Shown here: piece by piece, positions 37,677-47,235 of the stretch
Numbering within the stretch: position 1 is the first letter of the stretch
Layout: each line of letters begins with the position of its first letter
NCBI GenBank assembly: GCA_900768245.1
Contig: CAAGCE010000241.1
Location: 7,187 to 71,186 of the forward strand
DNA length: 64,000 nucleotides
Origin: Oscillospiraceae bacterium
Lineage (GTDB): Bacteria; Bacillota; Clostridia; Oscillospirales; Ruminococcaceae
Direction of reading: 5' to 3'
The notes under the pieces: model-generated
What the model was told of the DNA's origin: nothing
Database searches by the model: none
What the model saw: the letters and a program-made list of their open reading frames with translations, nothing else
Position numbers and translations under genes: made by a program

Positions 37677-38438
37677 ATGCTTGCTAAACGAATTATTCCT
37701 TGCCTTGATGTTCGTGACGGAAAAGTTGTCAAGGGTATAAATTTTGTTGGGATAAAGGAAGTCGGAGATCCTGTTGAATGTGCTGCCGAGTATGACAGAC
37801 AGGGTGCCGATGAAATAGTGTTCCTTGATATTACAGCTTCAAACGAGGGCAGGGGAACTATGCTTGATGTTGTAAGAAGAACTGCTCAGAAGGTTTTTGT
37901 TCCTCTTACAGTCGGCGGCGGTATCAGAACGATTGATGATTTCAGAGATACACTTCGTGCAGGAGCGGATAAGGTTTCTGTAAACTCTGCGGCTGTCAAA
38001 AATCCTCAGCTCATAAAAGAAGCTGCTGATATTTTTGGCTGTCAGTGTGTCGTGGTTGCAATTGATGCAAAAAAGTGCGATGACGGACATTATACGGTCG
38101 TGATCAACGGCGGACGTATTGATATGGGTATAGATGCTGTTGAATGGGCAAAAAAAGCCGAAGAGCTTGGAGCAGGAGAAATACTCCTTACATCAATGGA
38201 TACTGACGGCGTAAAGGGTGGATTTGACCTTGATATGCTCAACGCAGTATGCAGCGTTGTAAAGATACCTGTAATTGCAAGCGGCGGCTGCGGAAAGCTT
38301 GAGCATTTCACGGAAGTGTTTGAAAAGACAAATGCTTCGGCTGCTCTTGCGGCATCATTGTTCCATTATAAAGAGCTGACTGTTGATGAAGTAAAAACTG
38401 AACTGAAAAAACATAATATCCCCGTCAGAAAAAACTGA
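37677..38438 (+). CDS. hisF: Imidazole glycerol phosphate synthase cyclase subunit
   Basis: [20 protein letters not shown] HisF-type N-terminus (not HisA). Confidence 0.9.
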   Translation: MLAKRIIPCLDVRDGKVVKGINFVGIKEVGDPVECAAEYDRQGADEIVFLDITASNEGRGTMLDVVRRTAQKVFVPLTVGGGIRTIDDFRDTLRAGADKVSVNSAAVKNPQLIKEAADIFGCQCVVVAIDAKKCDDGHYTVVINGGRIDMGIDAVEWAKKAEELGAGEILLTSMDTDGVKGGFDLDMLNAVCSVVKIPVIASGGCGKLEHFTEVFEKTNASAALAASLFHYKELTVDEVKTELKKHNIPVRKN

Positions 38439-38451
38439 AAGAGGTATTTTT

Positions 38452-38868
38452 ATGGGAATGATCGAAGAAACAAACGAGCTTATGCTTGATTGGGATAAGA
38501 TACGCAATATGCCGAAAGAAAATCATGTTATCCCTGTTGCTGTGCAGAATATTATAACAAAGGAAGTTATCCTAGTTGCATATGTAAATGAAGAGGCTTT
38601 AAAGGAATCCATACGTCTGAAAAAGGCAGTTTTCTGGAGCACATCAAGAAACAAGCTTTGGTTCAAGGGTGCAGAATCGGGAAATACATTCACGCTTGAC
38701 CATATTTTTGTCAACTGTGAACAGAACTCACTTGTTTATCAGGTAACTCCCGATAAGGGCAACATATGCCATACAAGCTATAACGGAGCGGCGAACAACT
38801 GCTATTACCGTGAACTTGATATGGATACGATGAAACTTATAAATCTTAACGAAAAGAAAGGAAACTGA
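38452..38868 (+). CDS. hisI: Phosphoribosyl-AMP cyclohydrolase
   Basis: 138 aa PRA-CH domain (SRNKLWFKGAESGN). Confidence 0.85.
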   Translation: MGMIEETNELMLDWDKIRNMPKENHVIPVAVQNIITKEVILVAYVNEEALKESIRLKKAVFWSTSRNKLWFKGAESGNTFTLDHIFVNCEQNSLVYQVTPDKGNICHTSYNGAANNCYYRELDMDTMKLINLNEKKGN

Positions 38869-38870
38869 AT

Positions 38871-39209
38871 ATGACAGTTTATGAAGAGATATTTGAAGTA
38901 TTGAAGCTTCGCAAAAAAGCATTTGACGAGGGCAATGCTCCTGAAAAATCATATACCTGCTACCTTTATGAAAAGGGCGTTGACAAAATATGCAAAAAGG
39001 TCGGTGAAGAGGCTACCGAAACAGTTATCGCTGCAAAGAACGGTGATAATGATGAACTTATGAATGAGATCAATGACCTTATTTATCATGTTATGGTCCT
39101 CTGCGTAAATCAGGGACTTGAATGGAGTGATGTTGAAAAGGTGCTTTCTGAAAGAAACGAAAAGATAGGCAACCTGAAAACATTCCACCAGACAGATAAA
39201 AACAGCTGA
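38871..39209 (+). CDS. hisE: Phosphoribosyl-ATP pyrophosphohydrolase
   Basis: MazG-like, EEATETVIAAKNGD and LIYHVMVL motifs. Confidence 0.85.
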   Translation: MTVYEEIFEVLKLRKKAFDEGNAPEKSYTCYLYEKGVDKICKKVGEEATETVIAAKNGDNDELMNEINDLIYHVMVLCVNQGLEWSDVEKVLSERNEKIGNLKTFHQTDKNS

Positions 39210-39332
39210 TAATTATTTAATTGTGTAACTTTTTTGACCTCCTGTGAATAATATATATTGAAGTTTTAAGGAAGTTATACTAATCTTTAATCGTTCTATA
39301 GACAAAGCCGACAGATGAAATAATTCCAATTA

Positions 39333-39368
39333 AGTCACTGTGTGGACTTTAGTCACTGCGTGTACTTT
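39333..39368 (+). repeat. Tandem 18-nt direct repeats AGTCACTGTGTGGACTTT / AGTCACTGCGTGTACTTT (plus degenerate third copy to ~39386) upstream of Cys-rich gene
   Basis: Head-to-tail repeat with 16/18 identity; followed by a 5-bp hairpin cgggc-ttgtc-gcccg at 39385-39399. Confidence 0.5.
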
Positions 39369-39510
39369 GAAAAGCGACTGCAGGCGGGCTTGTCGCCCGT
39401 CAAAGGAGATTGACGCAGAGTGGGATTATTTCAGCCAAGGATTTGTCTATGGGTTGATTAAAGATTAGTATTAAATTCCTTTGCTTTAGTATATTCATAG
39501 GAGGATTTTT

Positions 39511-40401
39511 ATGAGCGAATTAAATAACTGCTTCAAAGAAGCAGTTTGTGTCGAGGTTCAGCGTGTATTTGACAGTTGTTCAGACCGTGACTGCATATAT
39601 GAGCTTCCTGTAACTCTTACAGATGACTCGCCTGAAATAACTGATGATATGGATATTGTGAAAACCCGCTGTGCAGAGGTCGAAGCAACCTGTATTTCGG
39701 TTGATGCAGTTCCATTCAAATCAGGCTATTATGCAGTTGATATTACTTATCGTTTTAAAATTACTGCGGAAGCATTTTCAAAGGGTTTTTGTAAGCCGCA
39801 GACAGGTACGATACTTTGCGGTACAGCTTTCTGGAACAAGCGTGTGATACTTTATGGCAGTGAAGGAAATGCAAAGGTGTTTACAAGTGAACAGGATACA
39901 GTTTTGACTCCTGTTGAGCCGTGTGATGCAAGTTGTGTATGCTGCTGCAATGATGCAAGTATGCCTAAGGCTACTGTTCATGTTGTTGACCCTATTGCAC
40001 TCGATACGAGATTCAAGTGTGTGCCTGAGGGAATGACAAGTCCGGGCGTGTGTCCGACACCGCCTGTTCCGCCTGCATCAATAACATTTGAAAGAATACT
40101 TACCGTATCTCTTGGACTTTTCTCGATCGTTCAGCTTTCAAGACCTGTATCAATGGTCATTCCTGCATACGATTACTGTATACCATGCAAGGACTGCTCA
40201 CTTACCGATACATCTGAATCACCATGTGATGTATTTGACAGAATAGAATTCCCGTCAGAACAGTTTTTCCCGCAGCCTGACAGCGACGCTTCAACAAAAT
40301 ACGGCTGCTGCTGCCATAAGGAAAATACAAGATGCGATGACGGCGACAGACCGTCTGAAAAACACGATAAGCCGGAAAAGAAGTGCGGCTGTTCAGACTG
40401 A
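39511..40401 (+). CDS. Cysteine-rich hypothetical protein (25 Cys / 296 aa; CVCCC, GCCCH, CGC clusters), possible spore coat/exosporium component
   Basis: Strong RBS ataggagg; Cys spaced throughout with C-terminal charged DDGDRPSEKHDKPEKK tail; no confident family assignment. Confidence 0.5.
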   Translation: MSELNNCFKEAVCVEVQRVFDSCSDRDCIYELPVTLTDDSPEITDDMDIVKTRCAEVEATCISVDAVPFKSGYYAVDITYRFKITAEAFSKGFCKPQTGTILCGTAFWNKRVILYGSEGNAKVFTSEQDTVLTPVEPCDASCVCCCNDASMPKATVHVVDPIALDTRFKCVPEGMTSPGVCPTPPVPPASITFERILTVSLGLFSIVQLSRPVSMVIPAYDYCIPCKDCSLTDTSESPCDVFDRIEFPSEQFFPQPDSDASTKYGCCCHKENTRCDDGDRPSEKHDKPEKKCGCSD

Positions 40402-40450
40402 TATATTTGAGAGCTGCAGCTTTCAAGTAAAATGAATATCTGAAATCCAA

Positions 40451-40490
40451 CAGATCCCCGATTTTGAAAAAAGTCGGGGTCTGTTTTTTT
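40451..40490 (+). terminator. Rho-independent terminator (cagatccccga...tcggggtctg + TTTTTTT)
   Basis: GC-rich stem and 7 T. Confidence 0.65.
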
Positions 40491-40520
40491 GAACTCATAA
40501 AAATTTACTGAAAAATAATG

Positions 40521-40549
40521 TTGAAATCTTAAGTCAAAAGTGATATAAT
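40521..40549 (+). promoter_or_regulatory. Sigma-A promoter TTGAAA-17-TATAAT for miaB
   Basis: Hexamers at 40521-40526 and 40544-40549. Confidence 0.55.
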
Positions 40550-40588
40550 AGACCTATATAGTGTATTTATTTGGAGGATAATTAAATT

Positions 40589-41953
40589 TTGAATCTGTAT
40601 ATAGATAAAGTAAGAGCATTCCGGAGCGAAAAAGAAAAAATCCCGCTATGCTATGTTCATAGCTTCGGCTGTCAGCAGAATGTGAGCGACGGCGAAAAAA
40701 TAATGGGACTTCTCTCAGAAATGGGATACGGAGTTACTACTGAGATCGATTCCGCCGACTTAATTATATATAATACCTGCGCTGTGCGTGAAAATGCCGA
40801 ACAGCGTGTTTACGGTATGATAGGCGAGCTTAAACATATGAAGGAGCGCAAGCCTGAGCTTATAATCGGACTTTGCGGCTGTATGGCTCAGGAAGAAAAA
40901 ACAGTCGAAAAAATACGCCGTACATATAAGCAGGTCGATCTGATATTCGGTACTCATGCGCTTTCGGAACTTCCGAGACTTCTTTATGAAGTGCTTAATG
41001 AAAGAAAGTTTGTTTACGATACAGATGAGTATGATGTTTCTTCGTCTGAGATAGAACCTGTAAGGTCATGCAGCTTTAAGGCAAGCGTGCCTATAATGTA
41101 TGGCTGCAACAATTTCTGCTCATACTGTATTGTACCATATGTAAGGGGCAGGGAAAAAAGCCGTGCCGCCGAGGATATTATTGCCGAAGTGAAAAAGCTG
41201 GCAAAGAACGGCTGTAAGGAAATAATGCTCCTTGGACAGAATGTCAATTCATACGGCAAGAATCTTGAAACGCCTGTAAGCTTTGCAGAGCTTCTCAGAA
41301 GCCTTAATGATATAGAAGGTGATTTTAAAATACGTTTTATGTCACCTCACCCGAAGGATATGACAAAGGACGTTATTGACGCTGTTTTTGAATGTGACAA
41401 GGTCTGCAAACATATCCACCTTCCGCTGCAGTCGGGAAGCAATGAAATACTGCGCAAAATGAACCGCAGATATACTGTAGAGCAGTATATGGACATTGTT
41501 TCGTATATCAGAAGCAAGTCAGCGGATTTCTCTCTCACTACCGATATTATCGTAGGATTTCCAAATGAAACATATGAGGATTTCTTACAGACATTAAAGG
41601 TCGTTGAAGAGGTAAAATACGACAATATTTATTCATTTATATATTCTAAACGTACAGGTACAAAGGCTGCCGAGATCGAAGATAACACTTCCGACGCAGA
41701 CAAGAGCAAATGGATGACTGAGCTTTTGCAGACACAGCGAAGGGTTTCGACTGAGCATTACAAACGCTTTGTCGGAAGAACTCTTGATGTTTTGTTTGAT
41801 GCGGAAAGCAGACATGAAGGCTTGCTTACGGGAAAAAGCGATGAATTTATTATTGTAGAAGCTCCGTGCAGCGATAAGAGCATTATCGGACAGCGCCGAA
41901 AGGTCAAGATAACAAAGGCTTATAACTGGGCATTGCACGGTGAAATAATTTAA
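40589..41953 (+). CDS. miaB: tRNA-i6A37 methylthiotransferase MiaB (radical SAM, TRAM)
   Basis: MTTase N-terminal Cys triad plus CNNFCSYC radical-SAM motif; TTG start with ggagga RBS. Confidence 0.9.
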   Translation: MNLYIDKVRAFRSEKEKIPLCYVHSFGCQQNVSDGEKIMGLLSEMGYGVTTEIDSADLIIYNTCAVRENAEQRVYGMIGELKHMKERKPELIIGLCGCMAQEEKTVEKIRRTYKQVDLIFGTHALSELPRLLYEVLNERKFVYDTDEYDVSSSEIEPVRSCSFKASVPIMYGCNNFCSYCIVPYVRGREKSRAAEDIIAEVKKLAKNGCKEIMLLGQNVNSYGKNLETPVSFAELLRSLNDIEGDFKIRFMSPHPKDMTKDVIDAVFECDKVCKHIHLPLQSGSNEILRKMNRRYTVEQYMDIVSYIRSKSADFSLTTDIIVGFPNETYEDFLQTLKVVEEVKYDNIYSFIYSKRTGTKAAEIEDNTSDADKSKWMTELLQTQRRVSTEHYKRFVGRTLDVLFDAESRHEGLLTGKSDEFIIVEAPCSDKSIIGQRRKVKITKAYNWALHGEII

Positions 41954-41971
41954 TTAAAAGGAGTTAGAACA

Positions 41972-42382
41972 ATGACTGTAATTGACAAAGCAAGAGAACT
42001 TGGAGTGATGATCCAGCAGGACGAGCGTTACGCTGCTTACTATGTTGCAAAGGACGCTAATGATAATGATGAAACTCTTCAGAATATGATAAACGAATTC
42101 AATATGAAGAGAATGCAGCTCAACAGCGAAATGTCCAAGGAACAGAGAGATGAAGCAAAGCTTGCTGAACTTGACAAGGCTATCAAGAATCTATATTCCG
42201 ATATTATGTCAAATGAAAATATGGATAACTACAACAAGGCTAAGAATGCAATGGACGCTCTTCTTAATGAGATCAATATGGTGATCACATTCTCAGCTAA
42301 CGGCGAAGACCCAATGACTTGCCCAACAACACAGGAGCATAGCTGCGGCGGAAGCTGTTCGACCTGCGGCGGCTGTCACTAA
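41972..42382 (+). CDS. ricA: YmcA/YlbF-family protein (RicA-like) with C-terminal CGGSCSTCGGCH cluster
   Basis: ~136 aa helical protein between miaB and mutS, as B. subtilis ymcA; Cys cluster consistent with Fe-S ligation in Ric proteins. Confidence 0.55.
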   Translation: MTVIDKARELGVMIQQDERYAAYYVAKDANDNDETLQNMINEFNMKRMQLNSEMSKEQRDEAKLAELDKAIKNLYSDIMSNENMDNYNKAKNAMDALLNEINMVITFSANGEDPMTCPTTQEHSCGGSCSTCGGCH

Positions 42383-42554
42383 GGAAATTACCGCTTCGCA
42401 TTGAAGGGTTTTTCCTGATAAAGCAAGCTATTATTTGATCGACCTGTCCATAAGGGCAGGTCTGTCATTGCTTTTTATGTATAAGAAATAAATGTCTGCT
42501 TGAATCAATAATGTTGACTGAAACAGATATTTATACAGATCGGAGGCTTTTTTC

Positions 42555-45164
42555 GTGCAGACACAGATCGATTTTGATAAATTGTCACCTATGATGAAGC
42601 AGTATTTTTCGGTGAAGAATAAATGCACCGACCATATACTGTTTTTCCGTTTGGGCGACTTTTATGAAATGTTTTTCGATGATGCCATAATGGTGTCAAA
42701 GGAACTGGAGCTTACATTAACAGGACGTGACTGCGGACTTGAAGAACGTGCTCCTATGTGCGGCATACCTTATCATGCTGCCGATATATACATAAAAAAG
42801 CTTATTGAAAACGGTCATAAGGTTGCAATATGCGAGCAGCTCACAGACCCGAAGGAAACTAAGGGTATCGTTGAGCGTGATATTATTAGAATAGTAACTC
42901 CCGGAACGCTTACGGAAAGCAATCTTCTCGATGATTCAAAAAACAACTACATCGGAGCGGTCTATGTTCAGGATAAGACCTGTGCGATATGTTTTGCGGA
43001 TATTTCAACGGGCGAAGTGCATTTGTTCAATAAATCCTCCAAGGATCTGCAGGGCGAGATAATCAATGAGCTGTCACGCTTTGATCCTGTTGAACTCCTT
43101 TTTAACGGTAAATTTCTTGATTTCAAGCAGGTGCAGGATTTTATCAGAAATAAAATGAACGTGTCTGTTCAGCTTCTTGATGATGAATGTTTTGATGTTA
43201 AAGCAAAGAAAGAGGTCATTCTTCGTCAGTTCAGTATTTCCGACCTTGACGAGATCTCACTTCATGAGGGTACGGTTGAAGCAGCTTGCGTATGCGGACT
43301 TTTTGATTATATTTCGGATACACAAAAGTCACTTGTAGGACGTTTTACGGAAATAAAACGCTATAACGACAACTTCTTTATGGAACTTGACCTTACTGCA
43401 AGACGAAATCTTGAACTTACCGAAACTCTTCGCAATAAGGAGAAAAAGGGAAGCCTTCTCTGGGTGCTTGACCATACAAAAACATCAATGGGCAAGCGTC
43501 TGCTTAAATCATATATTGAACAGCCCCTTGTAAAGCTTGCTATTATCACAAACCGTCTTGATGCAGTCGAGCAGCTTTGCAGAAAGTCCGTTCTTCAGCA
43601 GGAGCTTGCAGAGGCTCTCTCAAAGGTTTACGATATAGAACGTCTTATGACAAGAGTAATGTATAAGACAGCTACTCCGAGAGATGTTAAATCATTGTCG
43701 CTTACAGCATTGCAGATACCTGAGATAAAGCGTATTCTCGGTGAATTCAATGCAAAGCTTCTTGTTGAGCTGAACAGTAAAATAGATACGCTTACCGATA
43801 TTTCAAATATAATTGAAAAAGCGATCGTTGATGATCCTCCGATTACAGCAAAAGAGGGCGGAGTTATCAAGGACGGTTTTAATGAGGAGCTTGACCGCCT
43901 CAGACATATAATTAAGGGCGGAAAAGGCATTATAGATGAAATAGAACAGCGTGAGCGTGATGCAACGGGAATAAAAAGCCTTAAGATCGGATATAACCGT
44001 GTGTTCGGATATTATATCGAAGTCACAAAATCTTATTATGACCTTGTTCCCGATACTTATATAAGAAAACAGACTCTTGCAAACTGTGAGCGTTTTATCA
44101 CAGACGAGTTAAAGAAAACCGAAAATGAGATACTCGGTGCAAATGAAAAAGTGCTCTCTCTTGAAGCAAATATCTTTGCTGAAGTGCGTGACTATATTGC
44201 CGAGCAGCTTGCCAAGGTACAGGAAACTGCTTCATCTATTGCACAGCTTGATGTTCTTTGCTCTTTTGCATATGTGTCAATGAAAAATGAGTATACAAAA
44301 CCTGATATTGCAATTGACGGCATTATTGATATTAAAGACGGCAGACATCCTGTTGTTGAGCTTATGCTTAACGATGAGATGTATGTGCCGAATGATACAT
44401 ATCTTGATATGAACAGCAACCGTATGTCCATTATCACAGGTCCGAATATGTCAGGTAAATCAACATATATGCGACAGGTCGCACTTATCACTCTTATGGC
44501 GCAGATAGGCTGCTTTGTTCCTGCCAAAAGTGCAAAGATAACAATTGTTGATAAGATATTTACAAGAGTTGGTGCGTCGGACGACCTTACGGCAGGACAG
44601 TCAACATTTATGGTCGAAATGAGCGAGGTCGCCGATATTCTGAAAAATGCCACAAAACAGAGCCTTGTTATTCTCGACGAGGTCGGCAGAGGTACTTCGA
44701 CCTTTGATGGCATAAGCATTGCCACATCTGTTGCGGAATATATCGCAAATACAAGAGTTCTTGGCTGCAAGACGCTTTTTGCTACCCATTATCATGAGCT
44801 TATAAAGCTTGCCGACAGAATTGACGGAGTAAATAATTACAGCGTTGCCGTAAAGAAGATCGGTGAGGATATTAAGTTTCTCAGAAAGATAGTCCCCGGA
44901 GGTGTTGACGACAGCTACGGCATAGAGGTCGCAAAGCTTGCAGGGCTGCCAAATAAGGTGCTTTCGAGAGCGAAAGAGCTGCTTAATGAAATGGAGCTTT
45001 CAAAGGCTCAGGAGAAAACAGCAGCTGTCCGTGACGATCAGATCTCATTCCAGAGTATGGGTGACGACAGGATACTTGACAGACTTAAAAAGACAAATGC
45101 TGATGAATTTACAGATGCAGAGGCAAAAGCATTTTTAAAGGAACTTACTGATTCATTAAAATAA
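42555..45164 (+). CDS. mutS: DNA mismatch repair protein MutS
   Basis: 869 aa; Walker A GPNMSGKST; GTG start. Confidence 0.95.
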   Translation: MQTQIDFDKLSPMMKQYFSVKNKCTDHILFFRLGDFYEMFFDDAIMVSKELELTLTGRDCGLEERAPMCGIPYHAADIYIKKLIENGHKVAICEQLTDPKETKGIVERDIIRIVTPGTLTESNLLDDSKNNYIGAVYVQDKTCAICFADISTGEVHLFNKSSKDLQGEIINELSRFDPVELLFNGKFLDFKQVQDFIRNKMNVSVQLLDDECFDVKAKKEVILRQFSISDLDEISLHEGTVEAACVCGLFDYISDTQKSLVGRFTEIKRYNDNFFMELDLTARRNLELTETLRNKEKKGSLLWVLDHTKTSMGKRLLKSYIEQPLVKLAIITNRLDAVEQLCRKSVLQQELAEALSKVYDIERLMTRVMYKTATPRDVKSLSLTALQIPEIKRILGEFNAKLLVELNSKIDTLTDISNIIEKAIVDDPPITAKEGGVIKDGFNEELDRLRHIIKGGKGIIDEIEQRERDATGIKSLKIGYNRVFGYYIEVTKSYYDLVPDTYIRKQTLANCERFITDELKKTENEILGANEKVLSLEANIFAEVRDYIAEQLAKVQETASSIAQLDVLCSFAYVSMKNEYTKPDIAIDGIIDIKDGRHPVVELMLNDEMYVPNDTYLDMNSNRMSIITGPNMSGKSTYMRQVALITLMAQIGCFVPAKSAKITIVDKIFTRVGASDDLTAGQSTFMVEMSEVADILKNATKQSLVILDEVGRGTSTFDGISIATSVAEYIANTRVLGCKTLFATHYHELIKLADRIDGVNNYSVAVKKIGEDIKFLRKIVPGGVDDSYGIEVAKLAGLPNKVLSRAKELLNEMELSKAQEKTAAVRDDQISFQSMGDDRILDRLKKTNADEFTDAEAKAFLKELTDSLK

Positions 45165-45176
45165 AAGGGTGGTGAT

Positions 45177-47222
45177 ATGTTGTCAAAGGTAAAGCTTTTA
45201 AGCAAGGAAACTTCAGAACTTATCGCAGCGGGCGAGGTCATTGAACGTCCAAGCTCTGTTATAAAGGAGCTTATTGAAAATTCAATAGACAGCGGTGCGG
45301 ATAATATAACAGTTGAAATAAAGAACGGCGGCATATCATATATCCGTGTTACAGACAACGGCTGCGGTATGGAGCAGGACGATGTGAAAATGGCGTTTCT
45401 TCGTCATGCTACAAGTAAAATAGCTTCCAAAGATGATTTGAATAATATACATACCCTTGGATTCAGAGGAGAAGCACTTGCATCTATATGTGCTGTTGCA
45501 AAGGTCGAAGTGCTCACAAAGACCCCCGGAAGCCTTTACGGTACTCATTATGTTATAGAGGGCTCAGAGGAAAAGGTAATTGAACAGACCGGCTGCCCTG
45601 AGGGAACTACGATCATTATCAGGGATATTTTTTATAACGTTCCCGCGCGTCTTAAATTTCTTAAAAAGGATGTCGCAGAGGGTAATGCAATTTCAGATAT
45701 AACAAGTAAAATTGCACTTTCACACCCTGAAATATCATTTAAATTTATCAGAAATAACCGTCAGGATTTTCTTACTCCGGGCGACAGTGAGCTTTATTCA
45801 TCAGTGTATTCAATTATGGGCAGAGATTTTGCTGAGTCAATGATACCTGTCGATTATGAATTGAACGGTGTTCGGATAAAAGGTTTTACAGTAAAACCTG
45901 TGCTTGGACGTGCAAAGCGCAGCTTTCAGTTCTTCTTTGTGAACGGCAGATATGTCAAGGCTTATACCTGTACAGCTGCCCTTGAAGAAGCATACCGCAA
46001 TTGTATGATGGAAGGAAAATTTCCTGCCTGCGTTCTGCTGATAAATATATCTCCGGCTATGCTTGATGTAAATGTGCATCCGGCAAAAACAGAGGTGCGT
46101 TTTACAGATGAAAGAGTTATCCACGACGGGATATATTTTTCTGTAAAAAATGCTATACTTGCTGACTCACAACCTATGGAAATGCAGTTCAGGCGTACCG
46201 TACCCGATTATACAAAACCGCTGCCTGAAAGCTATGACACAGGAAAACAGCTTATGTTTAACAATACGGCTGTCAATGAGATACCTAATCCGAGCAATAG
46301 TGCTCCTGTTTACGGTGTTGCGGTCAAGCCTGTGAAAACGGAGCAGTATTATATGCCGAATGAATATGTTCCGCAGACAAATTCCGTTCCGCAGTTTCAG
46401 ACGCAGCCTAAACCGCAGCCAATTCCCGAACCGATCGAACCTAAGCAGGTTTCTGTAAATATTGAGTATTCCGATTCCGCTGATGATAAGCTTCAGACAA
46501 ATGTGCCATATCAAATCGAAGATGCCGAAAGCGGTGAATCGCTTGATAATATTGTGCCGGAAGAGCCAAGGCATACCGACTATAAATATTTTGACCCTGA
46601 AAATATAGCCGCACCGATAAAAGAACCTGTAATAGAAAAGCCTGCAAGTGAGATATTTTTCCGTGTGATAGGCGAGGCTTTCAAGAATTATATTGTTACG
46701 GAAATTGATGACAGTATTGTTTTTGTTGATAAGCATGCGGCACATGAGCGTATTTTGTTTGAAAGATTGAAATCAGGTCAGCAGCTGCTGCAGTGTCAGA
46801 TGCTGCTTATGCCTGTTGATGTTATGCTTTCATATGAAGAGTATGATGCTTTGGTAAGTAATAAAAAGACTGCGGAGGAGCTTGGCTTCAGCTTTAATGA
46901 AAAACGTAATTCCGCAGTAAGTGTAAACGGCATACCTGCTATACTTGATGGCTGTGATGTTGCAGATCTGACAGTAGAGCTTGCACATAATTTCAGTGAA
47001 AATAAAAATAATCCTATGCCCGAGATCCTTGATGATATGTATCACACATTCGCTTGCAAGGCGGCAATAAAGGCAAATGACAAAAATGATTTAAAGGAGC
47101 TTTCCTCTATTGTCAGAACACTTCTTGAAAATGAAACAATAAGATATTGTCCTCATGGCAGACCTGTTATGTTTAAGCTGACGAAATATGAGCTTGAAAA
47201 GCAGTTTAAAAGAATAGTTTGA
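45177..47222 (+). CDS. mutL: DNA mismatch repair protein MutL
   Basis: GHKL ATPase N-terminus (ELIENSIDSGA), C-terminal dimerisation domain. Confidence 0.9.
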   Translation: MLSKVKLLSKETSELIAAGEVIERPSSVIKELIENSIDSGADNITVEIKNGGISYIRVTDNGCGMEQDDVKMAFLRHATSKIASKDDLNNIHTLGFRGEALASICAVAKVEVLTKTPGSLYGTHYVIEGSEEKVIEQTGCPEGTTIIIRDIFYNVPARLKFLKKDVAEGNAISDITSKIALSHPEISFKFIRNNRQDFLTPGDSELYSSVYSIMGRDFAESMIPVDYELNGVRIKGFTVKPVLGRAKRSFQFFFVNGRYVKAYTCTAALEEAYRNCMMEGKFPACVLLINISPAMLDVNVHPAKTEVRFTDERVIHDGIYFSVKNAILADSQPMEMQFRRTVPDYTKPLPESYDTGKQLMFNNTAVNEIPNPSNSAPVYGVAVKPVKTEQYYMPNEYVPQTNSVPQFQTQPKPQPIPEPIEPKQVSVNIEYSDSADDKLQTNVPYQIEDAESGESLDNIVPEEPRHTDYKYFDPENIAAPIKEPVIEKPASEIFFRVIGEAFKNYIVTEIDDSIVFVDKHAAHERILFERLKSGQQLLQCQMLLMPVDVMLSYEEYDALVSNKKTAEELGFSFNEKRNSAVSVNGIPAILDGCDVADLTVELAHNFSENKNNPMPEILDDMYHTFACKAAIKANDKNDLKELSSIVRTLLENETIRYCPHGRPVMFKLTKYELEKQFKRIV

Positions 47223-47235
47223 TTTGGAGTTTTTT

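Noticed and set aside
39369-39480. c-di-GMP-I (GEMM) or other known riboswitch in the Cys-rich gene leader
   Set aside because: Superficial GACGCAGAG / GCAAA-like fragments but none of the conserved GEMM, ydaO, SAM, glycine or cobalamin cores could be aligned; left as unexplained repeats and hairpin.
46167-46745. 192-aa minus-strand ORF inside mutL
   Set aside because: Antisense to the mutL linker region; arginine/leucine-rich nonsense translation; no start context.
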